DNA of 64,000 bases from Oculina patagonica (GCF_052425735.1 NC_135767.1:8060001-8124000); one strand, 5' to 3'; shown: positions 1 to 13,372, numbered from the stretch's first letter. Notes: generated by a model from the letters alone, not told the origin. Numbers and translations are program-made.

Positions 1-267
1 GAAAGTACTCGATTTGAAAGTTAGAACCACATTGTTCAGCATAATAAACAGCACCACATGAAAATAAACAAGGCAAAGTCTGTTCTTAGTCGGACATTTT
101 GGAGCAAAATTATCTCAAAAAGTTTCACTTAAAATGCTTTTTCTTGACAAATCACGAACCACGCTCACCCTCACGCTTCACCCTTGTGTTCTTGTTTCAC
201 CCACGCTATGTCCCACTGTACCACGTGTTTTGCAGGCTAGCTTTTCAATTACTTTTTTATCCATTAG

Positions 268-381
268 TTGCTGACAACTGCGCCAGCTCTCCATGCGGAA
301 ATAATGGTAATTGTAGTAGTTTTACTGGTGGGTACAACTGTACTTGTCGCCCGGGATTTACTGGAGGAAACTGTGAGATAG
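268..381 (+). CDS. EGF-domain exon
   Basis: ttag|TTGCTGACAAC...GAGATAG|gtaag; encodes [37 protein letters not shown]; 114 bp, phase 1-1. Confidence 0.9.
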   Translation: MLTTAPALHAEIMVIVVVLLVGTTVLVARDLLEETVR

Positions 382-3300
382 GTAAGTTGAATAAATGGCA
401 AACGAGTTTTTACTTTTATTCTTTCAGTTCTTATGATTGGTAACAACTTTAAACCTAACTATTTAACCGTAGCGTCCTCCGCAGTGCAGGAAGAGAGAGA
501 GCCCTGGGGAGGGAAAATTGAACCGATTCTCCCCAATCCTTTCCAATGACTATTCTTCCCCCCCCCCCTCCCCCCCCCCCCCAGTACTCTCCATCCCCAT
601 GCCACAGCTTTTGGGGGTTGAGTTTCTTGGTTCTTGCCGTTCAGTTTGTAATAATTTTAGCAGCAAGAAAAGCTTTATATTCCGTTTAGTAGAAGCTCAG
701 CTTCTGCTAAAGTGAAGTACCAACTGCAGAAAATATCTCAACCGCCGTTCATAGCTGTAGTAACGCTGCGATTCGTCCCGACTTTAGCATAGGATTTGTC
801 AAGTGTATGGTTAAAAATTTTTATTGCCAAGAATTTCTCCGACTGCAATAAACTCTCATATATATTTTGCATTAAATCTGACAGTGAGGACCAGTTTGTC
901 TAAAATACATTACAATTAAAAATTGTACAGAAAGTTTTCAGGCAACATGCGTTTCACGATATACTTCTTCAAAATCAGCTATGATTAAAGGACAAAAAAA
1001 CACGAAACGAATTTGCGGCATTAATAAGTGAGTCGTAGCTTTAACTATATAATCAACCGAGTATTTCAGTGGCAGTATTATTTTAATTTTCAGCAGGCCC
1101 GGGGAACCTAGCTGAGTTGTCAGATGCATCGATCATACACTCCATGCTTGGAACTAACTTTTCGAACCCGACGAAGGTTGGGACCACGTTTGGCTTTTGG
1201 ATGTAGCTATTCCGCGAAACAGTTCTGTTCATTCGAGAAGATACCAGTCATAAAAATAATAAAATAAAAAATAAAATAAAAATAATAAAATAAAAATTAT
1301 TTATTATTTAATTAATAAGAATGGATATATCTAACTCATTTGCGATTTTGATACTTTTTATGAAAAAAATCGGCGGACCTGGACCTTTTCGAGAAATTCG
1401 TAGTTGTCTGACATTACAATTTTCCTACACCTTGCTATATAAATGAAATTTGAGGAGTCTTTGTGGACTAATTCAAAGAGTATTGTAATAAATACTTGCC
1501 CGACCGTGCGTTTAACTGACATTAGAAGAGTTTTGCATTCCGTTTAGAATTGTAACGGTTAGTGAAGTAGAGATGAAAAAAGATGTGAAAAATGAAAAAG
1601 TTTTGCTAACTGATCATAGTTTGATAAATATGCTTTACTAAAGGAGATGTCAGTGTATAATAGCATGAATTTCTATCTCTGCAATTAGCTCAAATAATTC
1701 GCAGCCCACTGAAAATTTTGTTTGAAATCTGGTAATTAGTTGCAAACTCGTCTTGTTTCTTGCAGCTTTTTCAAGATAATCCGATAAATCTTAATAGAAA
1801 ATGACAGTTTAAGCAGGTTTTATAGAACACTGCGGATTTATACGGCTGCAACTAAATGAATTTGCATTTCTTACAGCACCCGATGACTTTTTGCCCTTTC
1901 TTTGATCCTCCCTGTCGTTATGTGCTCTCCCCCCATTAATGTTGTTTCAGAGGTGATTGTTATCACAAATAAACCAGAATTGATTTCTCCTTGACCCGCC
2001 ATTAATTAAGGCCTTAGAAAGTTATATTTATAATGCAGTGTCCAACGTTTTCCGAAAATGGTTTTCAATTAATCTTTTGTAGTTGACAACTGCACCAGCT
2101 CTCCATGCCAAAACGGTGGAACATGCACTAGGCATCCTGGTGGATATAACTGCACTTGTGAACCGGAATTCTACGGAGACAACTGTGAGATAAGTAGGTT
2201 AAATGAAGGCTAAAAAGAGGGCAATTTTATCTGTCAATTGTTTCGAACGGCTACAACACAATGCTTTTCCAACTATTTAACAAGTAGTCGCCGAAGGCGA
2301 AGTGAATCTCGGGGAATATTCGCCGAGATTCACTGAGCCAGGGGTGAATAATTGTTTTAGTCTAAGTTTTAGAGGTGAATATCAAGAACTATAAAATAAA
2401 GAACTAAAACACGGAAACAACAAACACAAGTGCTCGCTTCAATACGTGTAAACAAGTTTAATACATCGATTGTAAATCAGAATTTACAATTTATAATTAG
2501 TTAAAGCAACACTACGAAAAAGACAGATATCTAGTACCTTTGTTTTATCGTTGGCGACTTCTGAACAATTGTGTAAATCCTCTTGAAATGAGTCGAGTAG
2601 CTCTGATCTGAAGAGAACTGAATAATTTTTTGTCAACTGATCTGCCACTGAGTTTCTTGTGGCCGCGTACGATCTTCAAAACCATCGTCCTTAGCACCAA
2701 TTCTAATGCCTTGAGAACCATTTCTTGAAAATATTTTCGGTTCAAAAACCTTGGTAGCGAATTTCAAAATTCCAACTGTTTTGAATACTCCGGACTTGAA
2801 GTGATGTCTTTCGAATGAATGAAAATTTCATTCAGCAAATGCTGCCATGTTTACTTGCCTGGAAGACAAAGATGGCGCGGGTGAGTAACCAAGCCCTGAA
2901 ATGCTATATTCACCTCCAAGCGAAGTGAATATATCGTCAAAACCAAAACTTCTTGACCAATCAGAATATCGCATTCTTATATTCACCTCTATTAGTGCTT
3001 CGCCCCATCAGCGGACATTTAAAACAAGTGATCTGGCCCCATGTTACTGTTTTGCCCACAAATTGAAAGCTAGAACGACATGGCCATGATGGCATTGTCA
3101 GTAAACAGCATCAAATACGTATCTGAAATTGAACTAATCAAATTTTATTGTTAGACTGCAATTCTGCAGTACAAAAATGACATGTAATGGCTCAAAAAAT
3201 ATATAATTATAATGCAGTGTTCAAGGAGGGTCTGGATGGGGGGATAAAAAATTGTCAGTTTTCAGTTCCATGTTAGGTCATTTGTCAGTTGTCAGTTAAT

Positions 3301-6300
3301 TGTCTGTTAATACTTAACCATCATGTATATATATATATTACTGCCACTCTCCTTTCAATATTTCACAACATGAAATTATTACTTTTGTCAATTTTGAATA
3401 TACCTTGTCATCGGCCCTTTAGAGAAACAAGCGCTTGCTCTATGCCAATTAAATTACCGAGTTTTCAAAACAAACTTATGGCGAGATGGCAAGAATATTA
3501 CTATTCAAATCCATAAAACTGTTCCCTTCTTATATTTATAGATATTTTTTACTTAATTATCTCTTTATTATTTCCTATAATTTTTCGACAAGCTTGAAAT
3601 AAGTGCTTTAAAGTGAAAACCGACTCTGCTAACTTTTCTTTATCGATCTTTTTTTCACTTTAGAAAACGGTTCGTCTGGGGAATTCTTTGATCTCAATAT
3701 TGAAAATTGCACAGCATGCCCACTAGATACGTACAATACTGCCACTGGTGTAATAGGCCAGTGTACCGATTGCCCATATCAGACTTATACAGTTGCAACT
3801 GGCAGCAAAAACATCGCATAATGTTTAGGTAAGTATAACAGAGCTATTCTATATAAAATATTATTTTTTTATTTAAAGTGTTGTCGATTAGCCAGCAGTT
3901 TTCAATACCATGAAACTATATTTATCAAAATTAATTAATAATAATTAATTGATAAGAGAATCTTCGTTTACAATATTTACCTCATTAGCATAAGCGCTTC
4001 ACTTTCTGGTGGAGCTAAAAAAATCTCAATTTTTGAATATTAAAAGTACATGATACGATTAACTTTCGTTATGAATTTGAGGCCGATATATTAAATTTTT
4101 TTCTGTCACGCAGGTTTGCTAACTTGGTATTTTACAAAGAATGTATGGGCTCATTAGCGCTTTTGCCACCCAGAAATTTTGCAGTTTTTGAACGCTTATA
4201 TCTCCTTGAATATTGCACACAATGGGGCTGAAAATTTTGCCGTTAATTACGTTTCACAAGGTCTTTTAATAGCGGAGCTCCCGTGGCGCCGAAGGCGCCG
4301 CTAGCGGAGCATCCGTAGGCAGGCAAATGGTATCCTATCGAACCGAAAAAATTTTGGTTGTCGCCCCGTACGTACGTACGTTCGTACGTACGCACGCACG
4401 GATTAGGACTGGGGACGAGGTTGCCCGCCCGTGGCTAAAGAAAAGTAAGGAAATTACAAACAGCAAATAAAGCTCGCAAGGCAAGACAAAATGTACACAA
4501 GGGGTAAAATTACACAGCGATACTACACAGCAAAATATCTGAGAGGTTTATTATCCAACTGCGCTATTTTGTTTGTCTTTATTCATGTGTGAGTGTATCG
4601 AAGCCTTTACACTAAAAAAATTGCTCTCGTTCGATCGCTACACGGTTAAATTCAATTTATTGGTCTCTGGTCGCATTTTTCGCAACCGTAAAACGAGCAA
4701 TTGACGTTATCTTCTATCGACTGGATGATGTGGACGTTTCAGTTTGATCTACACGAAGTTATGTTATGAAAACGCGGGAAAATTTGTTGCGCGGTATTCA
4801 CTGTGTAGGCTGAATGAAACCGAGAGTATAAAAAAGAGCGACAGAGAATCGTGAACTTTCTTACTGTCAGTAATAATTCTCGCACAATGTCCTCAAAAGT
4901 CACCTATATACAGTGAAATTGTAGATAACGAAAGAGGTGTACGATGAGACCCGGAAAAATTGCGAAAGATATTCCTTGTGCACGTCCAGTTTGCTTGTTT
5001 CTGTTGTTTGCGGATGAATCTTCGGCCGTCAACATCAAGAATACAATAACTTTAGCAATGATTGTGTAAAAACGAAGCTAAACACTGCATGGATCAAGTC
5101 CGCTGAAGAAAGATACAGGAACCAGATGCAAGGTAACAACCTGTACTGAATCTGATTTTATTTCAGAAAATTTCATGGTGTTTATAAACTTAAGCTTACT
5201 TTCTGAGCGCAGTTTCGATAGACTCTGGGTCGGCAAAGTTTAGATCTTTCCGTAACTTAAGCTTATACTTTGCCCCTTTCAGTCGCTTTAACTGTGATGT
5301 GTAGTACATTTAAGCTTACGCTTACATGTCAGTTATTTTTTTTGTTCCCCTGAGTTGGTTTTATTTGCTATGGATTTACCGATTATCTATTGCCGTAAGT
5401 TGATTTTCTTTGGCCGTCAATAAAGTCGAATTCTAATCCTTTGCCGTGAGAGTTTATTTCTTATTGCTGTGAGTTTGTTCCGACTTTTAGTCTTACATTT
5501 TCTCGGCGGAAGAAATTCATACAGTATAAGTGACGTCTTTCGAAGTACTAAACGACGTAAAAGCAAAAAGCTCGAACAAAATCTATTTAAACTAAACTTG
5601 CTCTAAAAAACATGTTTACCCCATCTTGCTCGAGCGCGAGGTGAAAAATACAAACTGACTCATATTTTTCAAAGAAGTTCAAACAATTATTATGCTTTAG
5701 TATAGTCCAATTTTACACTGAATAACTACACTAGAGATGATTTAGAGTACGTTTAAATTTGTTTAAACTGTGCACATGGTAAGAAATAAAAGATAAGTTT
5801 TAAATTTGCATACGTGACTGAGCAACCCATTTCAGTGCGCCGATGTTAAAACAAATACAGGAAAGACAAGTAAGACGTGGATATGCCCACAAAATAAATT
5901 GACGTCATTTTGTATGAAGCAAAACGATAAGAGGATCGTAAAACTATTTTCCATTCTTAGAAATCAGAGAATAAACTCTTAATTAATTTTTAGGCCATGA
6001 GTTGTATTAAAGCAAAACGATAAGTAGATCGTAAAACAATTTTTTATTCTTTAGATAGGGCTGGAGAGAATAATAAACTTACTACAAATGTCAGTTGTCA
6101 GTTAAATTTTAGGCGATTTGTTAGTTGTCAGTTAACCCCATCCAGGCTCTCTCTAATTATAACGTTTGCTGAAAATGGTTTCCAATTAATCTTTTGTAGT
6201 TGACAACTGCGCCAACTTTCCATGCCAAAACGGTGGAACATGTACTAGGTATCCTGGTGGATACAACTGCACTTGTCCAGAGGAATTCTACGGAGACAAC

Positions 6301-9300
6301 TGTGATATAAGTAAGCTGAAAAAAGGCTAAAAGAGGCCATGTCAGGTGTTTTGAATGACAACAACAGATTGCAAAACAACCTCAGTGGGGCTTTTAAATC
6401 AAGAGATATTGCGACTGGAAAAAAAGCCCTTGGGAGAAGAAGCAAAACCAATTTTTCATAACACCTTTAACTTTACACTATACTCAGTGAGCACTTTTTT
6501 CCATGTTGCAAATTTTTAAGTTGAGGATTTTGGGGGGTAAGGAGGATAAAAAGTAATATTTCACACACGCAGGTACAGTTCAAAACTTTTAAACGATCAG
6601 ACCGCCGCCCCATCCGTGGGACATTTAAATCAAGAGATTGTCCCATACTGTGGTTTTCGTTCACAGATTGAAATTTAGAACCACATTGTAGGGACGTCAT
6701 AGTAAACAGCACCACATATGTTTAAGAGAGTAAACTGATCAAACTTTGTTCTTAGACATAAATTCTTGAGACAGTACAAAAAGTGTTTAATGATCTGCTA
6801 AAAATGGTTTTCAATTACTCTTTTGTAGTTGACAACTGCAATAGTTCTCCATGCCAAAACGGTGGCAATTGCACAAGGTATCCTGGTGGATACAACTGCA
6901 CTTGCCCAGCGGAATTCTACGGAGACAATTGTGAAATATGTGAGTTGAAAGAATGTAAAATGGCTTTTCATCTGTAATATGTGCAATTTCGAGCCCAGAG
7001 TCCTGCAACAGGTTGTCCGCCAGAACGGACTTTCGGAGAATGAAAATGATTAGGCCACGGTTTTATTGTTCATGCTCCAGGTATTAGCGGAGGTCACAGA
7101 AAGTAACGGCATCGAGAAAGCTGAACTAATTTAGAACACACCATTGAGGAAACTTTAAAGATTGAACATTTATCACATTCTGAGCATATTGAAGAAACAA
7201 TAATGATATGCATGAAGGAAGAAAGAGTTAAAATGTGCAATATTACGGCCTTTTAAAATGCTTGTGAAATAAAAGGTAAATAAATTCGTTTTAACTACTT
7301 TTTTATAGTTGACAACTGTACCAGCTCTCCATGCCGTAATAACGGAACATGTACTAGAATTCCTGGAGGGTACAGCTGTATGTGTTTGTCGGAGTTCTAT
7401 GGAAACAACTGTCAGATACGTAAGTTTGTAACAAGGCGAAACAAGTTTGAAATATTATTTGTAATTTCTTACGAACGCTAACATCTCAGAATTTAACTTT
7501 CAGGGCACAGATTTCTCTGAAGGACATTCCTGAAGCAAAAATGTGCAATGTTAAAGCTATTTAAAATTTAAATTTAACGGAGTGTTTATATATTTTCCTG
7601 ATTTTTTTTAATAACTTTTTATAGTTGACCAATGTATCAGCTCTCCATGCCGAAATAATGGAACATGTGCCAGGTTTCCTGTCGGGTACGACTGCACTTG
7701 TCCACCCGGATTCTACGGAGACAACTGTGAGATAAGTAAGCTGCAACAAAGCGAAACAAGTCTGCATTTTTATTTCTCATTTCGTATGTACGCTAGTAAC
7801 AACTTAGACCCAACTATTTTGATTTTGGGGGAAGATAGCTCTGGGAAGTAGATGCAGAACTCACTGTGTCAACTCTTTTTAAGCCTATCTTGAAAAATAC
7901 TACTTAACACACAACCAAAGCAACGTAAAGTTTAACAAAACAATTTTTAAGTTGTTTTACGTTGTTTGGGTCCTTAGCCTACAAGGCCCATTTCCATGGC
8001 CCTTATCGCAGTAATTATTCAATTTTTATTGGTAAATTACATATTTGGGATTGAAGAAGTAAACGTGTCCTTCCATATATAGCAAAAAAAAATTAAATAT
8101 CAAATAAAAGTTACATTCCACGGAAAATTATGATTCAATAACCTTTGGACAGAATTAGAGTTTTCAGCTCTAAATTGGTTTTAGTATTTTTGCAGGGGGG
8201 AGGGGGGACTTCCTTTGTTACACAACTTAAAAGATGGTCATAGCGGCGCCGGGCAATCGAGTGTGCGCAGTAGCTATCGAATGGTTGCTAAGGGCATAGT
8301 GAATAGCTTGATAAAGTTCATTGTTTAGTTCGCATGTTTTGGTCTTGTCCGTGTACAAAACACAATAGCTTTTTTCATTTTGTTTGCTTCTTTGAAGTTT
8401 GCCGGACATCAAAACAACAAACAGTGATAACGGTGACCATTCTGGCAAAAGCAAGGCTTGCGAATTATTCTAATTAAAATAACTCCAATGATTTTAAAAT
8501 GATTTACCAATTTGTGGTTGTTAAATGTCAACCGTGACAAATTTTTTGCTTGTTATTCTACGCCTCCAAAATATTCTCAGTGACGTGAAACATCAGGTGA
8601 GAAATCTGGCTGAAAATGCAAAAAACATTTGAGACATCAAACGAAAAAAACGGCACTATTCGCATTTCACACGCATGCAGTCATTGGTATTTCAATCTTC
8701 CTGAGAAAAACAAAACTTTGGGTGACGTATTTCTTAGCAACAGCTTGAATGACATAGACTTGCACCGTTTCCCGGCACCGCTATGTCGTCAAAGAAAAGT
8801 GCCGACTTTCTTCCCATCTCCTCCCTGTATTTTTGTGTTTACTTGCTTGGGTAATTGTTTGTGCTCAACTGATCAGAACCCAGACTCCTGCCTGACCGCG
8901 ATATTTGCAGATCAAGAGAGTATCTCTCCTTTCTTGATACATAAAAATGTGCGCAACTTGACATGAAAACAATAACTTATGTCATGTAAGAAACGTTCTT
9001 GATGGGTAAAAATGTGTGACAACTTGACATCAAGATTAATCACGTTAGTATATGAAACAGTGATTATTTGTTTTAATGAAAACATCATTTGATATAGCAA
9101 AAAACACAATGACATAAGAGAATGTTTGTTGACATAAATAAATGACAACTTGACATAAATTTAAAAAGGATGTTGTATAAAAATATATCTTAAAATAAAA
9201 CATTATCTCACTTGATATTTTGTCACGTTCGGACTAGCATAGGTTAATGTGTTTGCCTAATGCAATCTAGTGTCACAGGATTGTTTGTTGCCTTAATTTT

Positions 9301-9783
9301 TGAGAAAACTCTCACGAGAAACCTTTCTTTACAAAACGATAAGGTCGAAATGTATTTGTAGTTTTAGAATCATTTGAAACAATTTTAAGATCATTGTATT
9401 AACTGTCCCTTTTTTCTTATTTTCGTGTTAACCAGGCAACTCTTCTACCATCACCCCAACTACGCAAACAGCATCTTCAAAAGAAAGAGAAGAATCTGTT
9501 CTGCTAAAAATTCAGAATCTAGATAGCAAAAAGGTAGTGTTTTTCAGTTACTAGTGTTTTTTTAATTGTTATTTTACCGAAACACTAAGTCAATAATAAT
9601 TACGGGAACATCTCAAACTGAGGCCGTTACAATCAGAGAGCGCGTAATATCGGCTACAAACACCAGCCATTTAATAAAAAAGGTAAATCATAAAACGAAA
9701 AACCAAAACAGTGACCAAACCATCTGAAACATGGATCCTTCGGATTATAGCATGCTGTTGAAATATTCAGTTGCTTTATCATT

Positions 9784-9815
<32 letters not shown>

Positions 9816-11638
9816 GATGCACGAGTTATACATCTGATTGAAGCTTTGTTCTAAATATCACTATTTTGTGCTTAACTGTTAATTTTTATTTTTATATTAT
9901 TTTTATTAGTTTTTCTTTCTGTACCTTTTACAGTTTCCTTCCAAACCAGTCATTTGACAAAATGGTATTTTCAAGGGATAAGGTTCACATTCTCCCGGGT
10001 TATCCAAAGCAGTTGGCTGTTGATCCTCTCGTAGCGTTGTTGGCATTTTACCTACAATTTCCCCAAGGGCTCTCTGATAACATTGTACGCAAAGAAGTCG
10101 TGAAAGCCATCCTGGAGAGTGATGTATCAAGCATTGAAGAATCGATGAATGGTACCATCATAAGTGTTCAGTCTTTAGTCTCCACCACGGATCCCACAGA
10201 AAAAAGTGACGAGGAATCAAAACCAACGACTGCTATAATCATAGGAGCTTGTGTGGGTGGTGTTCTATTGTTGGTGATTATCATTGCCCTCGTGTTGGCT
10301 TGCAAGAGATCTAGAAGTAACGGGTAAGAGACACTGAAATCGTAAGAGCTCCAATAAGTTAGTTAAATCCAATACATTTTTCTGTGATACAATTACCAGA
10401 TTACTCATCTTAGAGAGATTTTCGATTCAGTGCGGTAAATCACTCTGAAAAATCACAAAAGACGCTGAGAATCGAGTTGATGAATCGCACTTAGAGCAAA
10501 TACATGTAACGGACGTAAAACGCGAGAAAACGCATGTGAACGAGTCATGGTTGGTTTGGGTTTTACCTCTGATTGGTCGAGAAAGTGACGCAAGTGAGTG
10601 GCGCGAGTTTTTTTAAACCAATCAATTGCGTAGTAATGCAAAATGAAAGCAAACGCGAATTACTTTCGACACAAGTAAAAATCACTCTATTTAAGGCAAT
10701 GGCATTACTTACTGCGGACCAAAGCAAATTGAATGAACGTGTACTAAAACCAGGAATACCACTAGGAAAGCTAACTAAATCCAAACACTAGCCACTAACC
10801 TAAAACAAACCTAAACCGTACGAGGGACACCCAATTAGTTAAATCCAATACATTTTTCTTTGATACAATAACAAGATAACTTACTGAAGAAAGATTCTCG
10901 ATCGGGTGTCGTAAAGCCAATCCTAAAGAAATCGCTCTGGCGAATAATCATTGGCCGCGCACATACTAGAACACAGAAGCCAAATTCAACCTTTGAAAAT
11001 ATTAAGGTGTTCGATCTATTTCGTGGCGCTTGTCATACGTTATCCGATCTTTTTTGTTTACGCGACGGTTAAGCCAGCAGGAATCCTGTTGCGCTTGGCG
11101 TAGCCGCAAACAAAAAGATCGTGTAACGTTTGACAAGCGCTACGAAATAGATCGAACATTTTAATATTAACAAAGGTCGACATTGGCTCCTCTCCTTCCT
11201 GTGACTAGAGTGGCTAATATGTGACGTCAGACCATGGTATGTTCTCCTCTTGGCAGTGAATCACGGCCAAGAGCACGAGAAAGTCTAAAGTTATTATAAC
11301 TAAGTTTGCTTCTGACACCAGTTACCACATACCATAACAAAGTTGAATTTAGTTCCAAACATTACAACCTCTTAGCTTTATTGCGTGACTAACTGTAAAG
11401 ACTCTATTATCTATGCGTGTTTACGTTATTTTTATTATTATTGATTACGAAGACTATAATTCTGAATTTAATGTTTTTTTTTTATCCTAATATACCATTA
11501 AGATCCATTAAACAAAGTTCAAAGAAGTCGGTTGACGTCACAAGTTACAACAACGATGCTTACGTCAGCAATTCCAACCACATCACTTCTGAAGGGCAAG
11601 TCACGGAAATGAAAAACTTTGAATTTTATGCCTTGTGA
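268..11638 (+). CDS. 3' part of a multi-exon EGF-repeat single-pass membrane protein (5' end lies before the window)
   Basis: AG/GT-bounded exons 268-381, 2083-2193, 6200-6310, 6829-6939, 7309-7419 and 7625-7735 are all phase 1-1, each one 6-Cys EGF domain. These are followed by stalk exon 9436-9533, TM exon ~9934/9950-10323 ([26 protein letters not shown]) and terminal exon 11503-11638 ending in TGA. Confidence 0.85.
2083..2193 (+). CDS. EGF-domain exon
   Basis: tgtag|TTGACAAC...GAGATAA|gtagg; [36 protein letters not shown]; 111 bp. Confidence 0.9.
   Translation: MTTAPALHAKTVEHALGILVDITALVNRNSTETTVR
3224..6152. mobile_element. TIR-bounded intronic insertion (MITE-type ends with ~2.8 kb internal cargo)
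   Basis: Left end GAGGGTCTGGATGGGG and right end CCCCATCCAGGCTCTC, with TGTCAGT subterminal repeats at both ends. It interrupts a motif (ataatgcagtgtccaa|cgttttccgaaaatgg) that is contiguous in the paralogous intron at 2029-2060. No clear TSD. Confidence 0.6.
3664..3828 (+). pseudogene. Degenerate ephrin-receptor-like (GCC2/GCC3-type) Cys-rich exon with in-frame TAA
   Basis: ttag|...|gtaag, 165 bp, phase 1-1; [54 protein letters not shown]. The CxxCP..TY..CxxCP...GS pattern is present, the expected first Cys codon reads GGT, and TAA lies at 3819-3821. Confidence 0.75.
6200..6310 (+). CDS. EGF-domain exon
   Basis: tgtag|TTGACAAC...GATATAA|gtaag; [36 protein letters not shown]. Confidence 0.9.
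   Translation: MTTAPTFHAKTVEHVLGILVDTTALVQRNSTETTVI
6829..6939 (+). CDS. EGF-domain exon
   Basis: tgtag|...GAAATAT|gtgag; [36 protein letters not shown]. Confidence 0.9.
7309..7419 (+). CDS. EGF-domain exon
   Basis: tatag|...CAGATAC|gtaag; [36 protein letters not shown]. Confidence 0.9.
7625..7735 (+). CDS. EGF-domain exon
   Basis: tatag|...GAGATAA|gtaag; [36 protein letters not shown]. Confidence 0.9.
   Translation: MTNVSALHAEIMEHVPGFLSGTTALVHPDSTETTVR
9436..9533 (+). CDS. Ser/Thr-rich stalk exon
   Basis: accag|GCAAC...AAAAAG|gtagt; [32 protein letters not shown]; phase 1 in, phase 0 out. Confidence 0.7.
9779..9815. repeat. (TCA)n microsatellite
   Basis: Direct tandem repeat. Confidence 0.9.
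9934..10323 (+). CDS. Juxtamembrane plus transmembrane exon
   Basis: Open frame containing a hydrophobic helix followed by basic residues (CKRSRS); donor GG|gtaag at 10324; acceptor at either 9933 or 9949. Confidence 0.8.
11503..11638 (+). CDS. Terminal exon: short cytoplasmic tail
   Basis: Phase-2 acceptor matches the phase-2 donor at 10323; [23 protein letters not shown]...FEFYAL*; includes NDAY, an NxxY-like motif. Confidence 0.7.
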
Positions 11639-12233
11639 ATTAAATTAGATATCCGCTACTTATTCTTAAATTAAGCTGACTAAAACTTGCTAAATATCAG
11701 CGCTCAAAGCTTCGAGAAAGCTACTATAATGAAAGGTACTTTATTATTGTTTGCTTTAACTTCGAAAATTTTCGGACAAAACCGAGTGATCGACAATTGA
11801 AACGGCTCAATGACACATCTGAAAATTTAAATGCCTAAATGTTTTAATAAAGAATTTTTCCTCTGATCTTTTTTGAACATCGAACATCACGTTTGTATCA
11901 ACATTTTCCAATCTATCGAATTGATTTTTCTGATATGAAATGACTTGAAAGCTTCAAGACTAGTTGTGGCTCAACAAAGGTTTCGGCGGGTTTTGTACAC
12001 GGCAGTTGGTTTTACTGTAGTGTTTACAAAGTTGTTGGACAAAGTTACAATAAATCGATCATTTACTTGTGTTCAACATATTTCCTTGTAGTATTTACTC
12101 CCCAAAGAAAATGGGCCGAAAATTATCGAAGTTAAAGTACACTACCCGTTTATGATCACCGATGGTGAGAGCTGATTACAGTAAGAACCTAATTTTTTCA
12201 GGTTAGCCTAAACATGTTCTTACATAAATGGTA

Positions 12234-12727
12234 GCAGAAACCCATAAGGGTTGAAACGTGTAACGCATGCGCACAGCGTTTGAATATTCATTTTGCTAAG
12301 TACCATATTTGGAAACACGAAGAATTTGTACGCGAATGCTTTATACACGTAATGACACACGCAACATAATTTTTGGTTTTGCGGTAAGGTGCTTGAATTT
12401 CGACCTAAACGCCGTAAATTTCTTACAGAAACTAAAGAAATACATTAAGTGCATCGAAGCGAAGTTCTCCAGACTACTTCAAGAAGATGAAACAGGAGAA
12501 TTTAACCAAATTTAACTTTATTCAACCAAGCTTGTTCAAAAACAAGATTACGCCATCGAGCGCGAGCTAGCGCGCGCTGTGAATTTAATTCAAATATAGT
12601 AATTTTGATTGGTTAAATGTTTCTCGTGGTTTTCCAAATATGGTACTTAGTGTAAATGAATGTGCAAACGCTTTGTACAATGCGAATCATAGGGAGTTAC
12701 ACGTTTCAACCCTTATAAGTTTCTGAT
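12234..12727. mobile_element. MITE
   Basis: TIRs CAGAAACCCATAAGGGTTGAAACGTGTAAC / GTTACACGTTTCAACCCTTATAAGTTTCTG. Confidence 0.75.
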
Positions 12728-13372
12728 GGTAGTTAACACAAGTTTAGGCTATTTAGGTTCTTATTTTCTAAAGAAAAATTTACATTTTTGCTAATAGAAC
12801 TTTTAGTCGTATTCGGCCAATTCTTGTATAAAATTTGCATAGGTCGCTTGTTCATCCAACACTGAAAGCGGCTGAAAGGGTTCGAGTTGTCAGGGACCGT
12901 AGAGCAGGGGGGGGGGGGCTGGGGGTGCTTAGCCCCTCCCCCGACAATATTTCTGAAAAAAATAAAGAATCACTTAGTGAAGAGTCTCTAAAGCTCCCCA
13001 CTTCATGTCACTTGTCAGCCCTCCCTTAAATTGGAAAAATGCTCCTCGGTCCCTGGTTATGGAGGATTGCTTTTTCCCACCAAAGCAAAGAATTGGTTCG
13101 AGTTTGCGGGAGTTTGGAAATGTCGACGGCTGGAAAAATCAGTGGTGTAGTTAGGTCGTTTACGAGAACCAAATCCAAGGAACGCGACTTTTGTTTCCAA
13201 ATTGGGAATTTTAAGAAATCGAGGTTTCCACTGTGTTCATTTTTATATCAGTGCTTTTTATATAACAGCTCAATTGAGTTATTGTTGAGCCTATTTTTAC
13301 ATTTTATTCAAGCAATTCTCTTCCTGTGTATATCATATGTAGCCAGTAACCTCTGTACCTTGTGTATTTTGC

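Noticed and set aside
99-267. N-terminal part of ORF 99-443 as a signal peptide
   Set aside because: TTG start; the sequence precedes a clear splice acceptor at 266-267 and is intronic
3819-3821. Recoded stop (selenocysteine) in the Cys-rich exon
   Set aside because: The codon is TAA, not TGA, and is not at a Cys position
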